Shown: in pieces, positions 58,406 to 64,000 of the stretch | Layout of the letters: the number at the start of each line of letters is the position of its first letter | Position numbering within the stretch: position 1 is the stretch's first letter | IMG/VR virus record: IMGVR_UViG_3300021431_000075 | Location: 576,001-640,000 of that record | Origin: a virus | Lineage: Duplodnaviria > Caudoviricetes | Strand: one strand, 5' to 3' | DNA length: 64,000 nt | Translations under genes and position numbers: made by a program | The notes under the pieces: generated by a model | Database searches by the model: none | What the model saw: the letters and a program-made list of their open reading frames with translations, nothing else | What the model was told of the DNA's origin: nothing

Positions 58406-60343
58406 CTATTTTATAATTATCGAGCATGGACCCGAGTAATTATCGTTATGCATCTTCAATGCAAATGCAAGAGCTTCTTCCCTCGGCATGTTATTCTGAT
58501 TCTCTGTTCTCAATGCTTCTCTTTGCGTTTCCAACAACTCGAAATGCTCTTTCTTATTATGAGGAAACACGACAATCTTCTTGTCATAGACATTCTCCAG
58601 CATCTTCTGCCTCAGCACTTCAATATCTTCATCATTGCTTCTCCACAAAGCATCCACCTTGCGCATCTTCTCGGAATCATACTTCACTCTCTCTTCATTG
58701 CTGACATAGCCGGTCTTGACCTGATACATAGCATGCGTGAAGTCAATATCATCAACATTGACATCCTTGTCGATAAACAAGATTCCGCCAATCGAATGAT
58801 AATACTTCTGCGCAGGGATAGCCAACTTGATAAACCTGTCATTTATAAGACCGCAAATCATATTGTCATCATGCGAGATGATTCTTTCTTCCGCACCCAG
58901 CGCATCCTTGACAGAACCAAACAACGGCATAAGAACATCAATGTTCCGCCTTGAAAAAATCATCAACTGACCGCCCATATATATGTTGAAAGCAGACCAG
59001 AATGCTGAATACAAGATTCCCGTGAAATATTTCGAGTCGTCATCAACTCCGGCAAGGAACTCGTTGATGAGAGGGATATTCAGCCAAGTAGAATTGTTCG
59101 TGCGAATCAAGTAGTCAAACTTAAGTCTCAACTGGTCAACAACGATATGCAAAGCCTCTACCGTCTTTGAATACGTTCTCAATATATTCTCGTTGATTCC
59201 GGGCTTGACACTCGGTTGCCTCTTTATATATATAATGTGTCTCTTCTCGTCCACATGTGAAATCTCTCCGGGCTTCGCATCCGTATATGTCCAGAAATCG
59301 ACATCGACATTCGGATACTTCTTATGGTCGATATTTCTCCAAGTCTCGTTTGAAACTGTCTCAAGCGTATTGAACGGTTCCATATCCGCGCTCATGGACA
59401 ACACGAGCAACTTCTTGTAGTCCTTTGCCGGTCTCAATCTGGTCTTGTAGTCACAAACCGGATGAATGAACTGCTTAGGCAACTTGACGACATCGACCGT
59501 GTTTCCCGGAGTGTTGAACAGCATCTTCATCTTTCCAGTATCCTTCGTTATGTCGAAATTGTCATAAGACTCGACCGCCTGATCTATCAGGTTCTCATAA
59601 TTCTCGAACACCTTCTTGCTGGACCAGTTCTCCAGTTTCTTGCGGATATTGGCACGGAGCCATGACAAATGGTGCATCTTGACTTCCTTCCACTCGAACA
59701 CATGGTTCTCCACTGTATAATGAGGAACGTCAACTATCTTCCCGTCCTTTGTCCTTGCCTTCTCTATACGGTCATATGGTCTCGAAAGAACTCTTGTCGG
59801 ATCTCTCGGAAGGTTGAACGACTTGCCGTCATAGTCGCATCTGTACTTCACCTTGGACACGAACGGAACATACATTCCCTGCGAAAATGGATACACAAGC
59901 AGATGCTCGTAGTCGATTGCATAGTTACAGTACTGGCAATATGTGATTTCATAGTCATGCTTGTCAATCTCGCCCAGTGCATAGTCAAACGACTTCTTCG
60001 TATAATATTCATCGGAGTCGATTACTATGCAATGAGAACAACCGTGATCTTCCGCATCCTGTATAAGAATATTTCGCTTCTTCGTCTCCTGCTTTCTTGC
60101 TTCCTCGCTCGTGTCAAGCTCAATCTCGACAATGTTATCTACAAGATGGTCCTCGTCACGCAACCTGAAAATCTCATTCAAATCAACATTTGAAATCTTG
60201 TCTCCGTGATAACTCACACGCTGCAAACCGATAGAAACATAATCAACAGACTCTCTGATTGCCGAGATTATGTTATAAAGATGCTCGGTTCCTTCGAACG
60301 CTATGATAGCAAGTCCGACTTTCTTGATATTCTTATACTTCAT
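58406..60343 (-). CDS. Two-domain putative glycosyltransferase
   Basis: N-terminal GT-A-like VIDSDEYY and HHLSW; C-terminal galactosyltransferase-like YSKT, FDYLIRTN, DDNMI. Confidence 0.6.
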   Translation of the reverse strand: MKYKNIKKVGLAIIAFEGTEHLYNIISAIRESVDYVSIGLQRVSYHGDKISNVDLNEIFRLRDEDHLVDNIVEIELDTSEEARKQETKKRNILIQDAEDHGCSHCIVIDSDEYYTKKSFDYALGEIDKHDYEITYCQYCNYAIDYEHLLVYPFSQGMYVPFVSKVKYRCDYDGKSFNLPRDPTRVLSRPYDRIEKARTKDGKIVDVPHYTVENHVFEWKEVKMHHLSWLRANIRKKLENWSSKKVFENYENLIDQAVESYDNFDITKDTGKMKMLFNTPGNTVDVVKLPKQFIHPVCDYKTRLRPAKDYKKLLVLSMSADMEPFNTLETVSNETWRNIDHKKYPNVDVDFWTYTDAKPGEISHVDEKRHIIYIKRQPSVKPGINENILRTYSKTVEALHIVVDQLRLKFDYLIRTNNSTWLNIPLINEFLAGVDDDSKYFTGILYSAFWSAFNIYMGGQLMIFSRRNIDVLMPLFGSVKDALGAEERIISHDDNMICGLINDRFIKLAIPAQKYYHSIGGILFIDKDVNVDDIDFTHAMYQVKTGYVSNEERVKYDSEKMRKVDALWRSNDEDIEVLRQKMLENVYDKKIVVFPHNKKEHFELLETQREALRTENQNNMPREEALAFALKMHNDNYSGPCSIIIK

Positions 60344-60403
60344 TTAACCCATAAAGATACATTTTATAAATTAAGATTTTCCAAAATAGAAATCTTTATG
60401 AAA

Positions 60404-60430
60404 GTATACAAGAAAAGCGGATAATAGTTT
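60404..60430 (-). promoter_or_regulatory. AAACTA-N13-TTGTATAC motif
   Basis: Third exact copy, upstream of 60343. Confidence 0.65.
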
Positions 60431-60586
60431 AAAAATCATTAATTATTAAGCAAAAATGCAGATTTTGATTGTTTTCTATGTTTTCATGGCATAACTTAAA
60501 AATACATATATTTGCAGAAATGATTTTATATATGTAAGAAACAAAAACTGTTTCCCATTCAAAAATCACATTTTCATCATTTTCAA

Positions 60587-60604
60587 AATAAATATCTTAT
60601 AATA
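60587..60604 (+). promoter_or_regulatory. Putative late promoter 18-mer
   Basis: Exact AATAAATATCTTATAATA upstream of 60627. Confidence 0.65.
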
Positions 60605-60626
60605 AAGAAATTCATTTTCAGATGAC

Positions 60627-61190
60627 ATGGACAATGCTCTAATAGATGTTTCCATACGCACGATGGTCGGAAACCTGCCCGGCATCATCAACGAGAACAA
60701 CAAGTACATAACAGAAGAATTTGACAAGATTGTAAACAACAACAAGTATGTCCTTGATGTCAGTTCAAACAACGTAGCCGGCAAGAACGGCGTATTCACG
60801 AACCTGACAGTGGACGGAATCGCCATCAACTCGCTGTCAATCAAGAACCAGACACAGTTCGACAACAAAATCAAAGATGTGAGAGACGGCATTGACATCA
60901 CCGGTTTAATGGACGGCACTGTCAGCGAGAAAGAACTTGTTGACAATAACGGCAACCTTCTTACAATCAATGACTTGTATAAGTTGAAACTATATGTAAG
61001 AAAGGGTTCCGTGACTGTTCCTGTGCAAGTCGGCTTCAAATGTTCGAACAATGCATATTCATACATGCTATACTACGATGTTCTTGATGTCACGAACGAC
61101 ACAAAGATTGTCAAGAGAAAGTACGTGTTCGTTGACTTCAACAACAGCAACAAGCTTGTGAACACATCATCCGGCGAGATAACCCTGTAA
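60627..61190 (+). CDS. Hypothetical (probably virion) protein
   Basis: 187-aa ORF behind late-type motif. Confidence 0.55.
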   Translation: MDNALIDVSIRTMVGNLPGIINENNKYITEEFDKIVNNNKYVLDVSSNNVAGKNGVFTNLTVDGIAINSLSIKNQTQFDNKIKDVRDGIDITGLMDGTVSEKELVDNNGNLLTINDLYKLKLYVRKGSVTVPVQVGFKCSNNAYSYMLYYDVLDVTNDTKIVKRKYVFVDFNNSNKLVNTSSGEITL

Positions 61191-61230
61191 CACAAACACC
61201 CACAAATCCAAATCATAGTGAACTTTTTAA

Positions 61231-63324
61231 ATGGCTAAGAACAAGACTCCATTGCTGCGTCCATTAAGAGAACAAGGCGCGACGCTATATGTTTTTCCAT
61301 CCGCAACAGAAGACATCGGTCTCAACATAAACAACGGAACAACCGGCGTTGCTCTGTCGCACTATGCGCTGATGAACTTCAACAGCAACAACACGAAGTT
61401 CGACTTCAGCACGTCACAAAGCCTGCTTGATCTTGCAAAGAGTCTGCAGAACTACGCGATGAACTTCGAGACAGCAGTGCTGAACCAGCCGAACTATAAC
61501 TTCCAAGAGCCGTACACCGTATCGGAGCATGTTTTCTGGCGATGGGTTGAGCATATACAGAAAACCGATTCAAAGGTTTTCAACGAAACGGAAATCGGAA
61601 CGACCGGCTTGTATAGGGAAGTGAACTACAAGTCGTCAGACACGAACAGGCTTGTCCAGTGCTTCGGTTCCATCGACGCGGGAAACTCGCTTTCAACCGA
61701 CTTCGGAATGTTCAACGAGACATATGTGAACATCCCGACAAGCTACGGCAACGGTCCTGTATTCTTTAGAAAAGTAACGAACAATCCGAACTTTGTGGCA
61801 GGTTCGTTCGTGGCGGCAAGTTCTAAAATTGAAGGAAGAAATGATGATGTCGGATATCTCGGTTCGATAAATTCAGAGTTTGATTCAAACGAAACGAACA
61901 ATTACAGCATAAAAACACCTTATGAAATCGTCAAGGACGTTCAGTCCATTCAGGCGGCTCTCCGCACACTATCCGGAGACAGCACTCTTTCCATATCTTC
62001 ATATGACGATGTCAATATCGACGCAGACGGAATCCTGAAAACAATCACAGAATCGAACGGTTCCGTATTTCCTTATGACATGTCAGAGAAGTGCGAGTTC
62101 AAGTTCAACGCGATTCTCCTGTACTACTCGATTTATGACCTGAATGATGTTTACAAGCAGGCTATCGCCACGAACCTGTTCGGAATCGTTTTCCTGAACA
62201 ACACGTCATCCGCTCCGTTCCTGACTCCGATGACAAAGAAGAAGTCGTACAACGGAAAGAGCAATGACAATGCGTATTTCGGAAACAGCTACTCGTTCAG
62301 AATCAATATCAAGACGCTTTCCGTATATGACAACACGGATGCGAAGATTGATGACAATACGACCACGACATCTGCATACTCTGTCGATTTCAACGATGTC
62401 ATATCGAACCTGAACCGCGCAATCGACTCGATGAACACGAATGTCCAGACAACCCGTGCCATCCAAGACAACTACATGAGGATTCTCACGTACTACAACG
62501 AGGCAAAGGAGAAGATTGAGTCTATCGAAGTCAAACTAAACAACAAGTTGTCAGATGGAATCTCTGATGCAATCGTCCAGATAAGCTCGGATATCGACGA
62601 CCAGATAACAGCAAGACTTGTCGAACTCGGTCTCATCGACACAAGCAATCTGTCTTCTGACATGACAGAGACCATCAACGAGGGAAGCAGCCGGGGAGTA
62701 CAGACTTATGGAACGGCTCCGACATCTTATGCAGCGCCGAAGTCACTGAATATGCAAGGCAATTCCCTTGAAGGAGAACTCACCGGTTCCAGAGTCAATA
62801 TCATATCCGCATCCGACACGAATGTCAAGGCTAACAACACTGTCAACATAACGGGAAAGAACATCGTTTTCAACGTCCAGTTGTCAAATGGAGAGTATGT
62901 AAGCATTCCGCTTGTCAATATTCTTGAAAAACTCAATATGCTAAAGAACTCCATCGATGACTTTGCAGAAAACATAGAGTTTGTCGATGATGACACTATA
63001 ACATATGAGTCTGCAGCAAACATCGTGGATGATATGCAGGAAGCGCAGGAAAATCCGAAAACAGAAGAAAGAACAGCGGCAATCAAGTCTCTGTTCGACA
63101 CGGTTGCAGTTCCGATTGCCGGATTGCTTGTTCCATATGCAAAGAAGCCGACAGAAGCCGGCTTATATCTCAAGAAGAACACTGCCGGCAACATAGCGAA
63201 CATCACACACTTCGACGGAAACGACTATACACTGACAGACAAGTGCATCAGCGGAAAGATGTACATCATGGACGGTCTTGTCTATGTGTTCAACGGCGAA
63301 ACTTGCAAGCCGCTTGGTGAATAA
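61231..63324 (+). CDS. Putative virion structural protein with coiled-coil segment
   Basis: 697-aa N/S/T-rich ORF in late-type operon. Confidence 0.55.
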   Translation: MAKNKTPLLRPLREQGATLYVFPSATEDIGLNINNGTTGVALSHYALMNFNSNNTKFDFSTSQSLLDLAKSLQNYAMNFETAVLNQPNYNFQEPYTVSEHVFWRWVEHIQKTDSKVFNETEIGTTGLYREVNYKSSDTNRLVQCFGSIDAGNSLSTDFGMFNETYVNIPTSYGNGPVFFRKVTNNPNFVAGSFVAASSKIEGRNDDVGYLGSINSEFDSNETNNYSIKTPYEIVKDVQSIQAALRTLSGDSTLSISSYDDVNIDADGILKTITESNGSVFPYDMSEKCEFKFNAILLYYSIYDLNDVYKQAIATNLFGIVFLNNTSSAPFLTPMTKKKSYNGKSNDNAYFGNSYSFRINIKTLSVYDNTDAKIDDNTTTTSAYSVDFNDVISNLNRAIDSMNTNVQTTRAIQDNYMRILTYYNEAKEKIESIEVKLNNKLSDGISDAIVQISSDIDDQITARLVELGLIDTSNLSSDMTETINEGSSRGVQTYGTAPTSYAAPKSLNMQGNSLEGELTGSRVNIISASDTNVKANNTVNITGKNIVFNVQLSNGEYVSIPLVNILEKLNMLKNSIDDFAENIEFVDDDTITYESAANIVDDMQEAQENPKTEERTAAIKSLFDTVAVPIAGLLVPYAKKPTEAGLYLKKNTAGNIANITHFDGNDYTLTDKCISGKMYIMDGLVYVFNGETCKPLGE

Positions 63325-63367
63325 CCGTCTCATAATCAATAAATACAAAAAATTATTCGATCGAATA

Positions 63368-64000
63368 ATGTCCAATATCAACAGTTTTTCCCAAAACATA
63401 TCACAGACAGTTACGAACAGCGCGAACACGCTGTCAATGCTCACCGCTATCCAGAAAAGCCTGAGCACGAACGACACCGTAACGACCTTCGACTATGATG
63501 ACGGAAAAGGAAATACTATCCAGTACCAGTTGCCGAGCTACGACGCGGTCGTGAACAGGCTCAAGGCTGTCGAGGAGTCTCTCAACAACCTTGTTGCCGG
63601 AAAGGGGACAGTGAACCTGAACGACGGTTCCAGACGCTCGATTACGCTTTCTACTATTCCGACAACTCCAGCACAGATAACAGGACTTGCAGATCCTTCG
63701 ACATTCACGATAGACAGCAACTGGTTCTTTGAAGAACTGATGTTTCCGGGAGCGCAGGTCGAGATTGACCTGACCGGACAGATAGATGACACTTCTGACA
63801 GAGTCAAGGTCGTGAGAGTCATTCTCAACGCGCAGGATGACGATGCCACGACTTTCTGGAACACGACTCTTGCAAGCAACAGCTATTCATATCCTGACTT
63901 AAGACAAGAACTCACGAACAACGGAATCGCTTATTCGATTGACGAAGAGGTCGTTCAGATGCCGCTTGTCAGCAACCAAGTGAACGGAACGTTCCAGATT
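63368..64000 (+). CDS. Putative structural protein (runs off right edge; absent from ORF track)
   Basis: Manual translation MSNINSFSQNISQTVTNSANTLSMLTAIQKSL...LPSYDAVVNRLKAVEESL; appears open to the window end. Confidence 0.55.
   Translation, partial: MSNINSFSQNISQTVTNSANTLSMLTAIQKSLSTNDTVTTFDYDDGKGNTIQYQLPSYDAVVNRLKAVEESLNNLVAGKGTVNLNDGSRRSITLSTIPTTPAQITGLADPSTFTIDSNWFFEELMFPGAQVEIDLTGQIDDTSDRVKVVRVILNAQDDDATTFWNTTLASNSYSYPDLRQELTNNGIAYSIDEEVVQMPLVSNQVNGTFQI

Noticed and set aside
1-64000. TAG-recoded genetic code as in Lak megaphages
   Set aside because: Genes are long and unbroken in the standard code, and several end at TAG where the next gene or intergenic region begins
42429-64000. 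Long antisense ORFs (e.g. 44370, 45354, 47614, 48722, 58373, 62727)
   Set aside because: Shadows of strongly codon-biased genes on the opposite strand, with no motifs

Overview
A 64-kb segment of a T4-like (myovirus-type) jumbo phage, probably infecting a Bacteroidota host (TAnnTTTG promoter boxes), read in the standard code. The flanks carry core genes: gp15-like tail completion, gp14-like neck, gp21-like prohead protease/scaffold, HaeIII-like C5 methyltransferase, DinG-family helicase, ECF-like sigma factor, a glycosyltransferase fusion and putative structural proteins. The ~40-kb block at 2.9-42.4 kb is visibly more AT-rich and holds 12 cassettes of probable virion fibre/spike proteins. 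They share two families of N-termini but carry different payloads (SGNH esterases, beta-helices, BNR propeller+LamG, M14 peptidase, alpha/beta hydrolase, deacetylase-like). Every cassette lies directly downstream of a conserved site: four copies of AAACTTACCTGTTTAGAAACAA (outer set) or eight copies of RAACnnnCCTGAATAAGAAAC (inner set), in alternating orientation. Each set has exactly one inverted-repeat-flanked segment containing late-promoter-like GATAAATA motifs, and the outer one also encodes a tyrosine recombinase. I infer two nested promoter shufflons (4 x 8 = 32 possible combinations) for host-range switching. Inversion itself cannot be observed in one sequence. All product calls are motif-based by eye; no searches were run.
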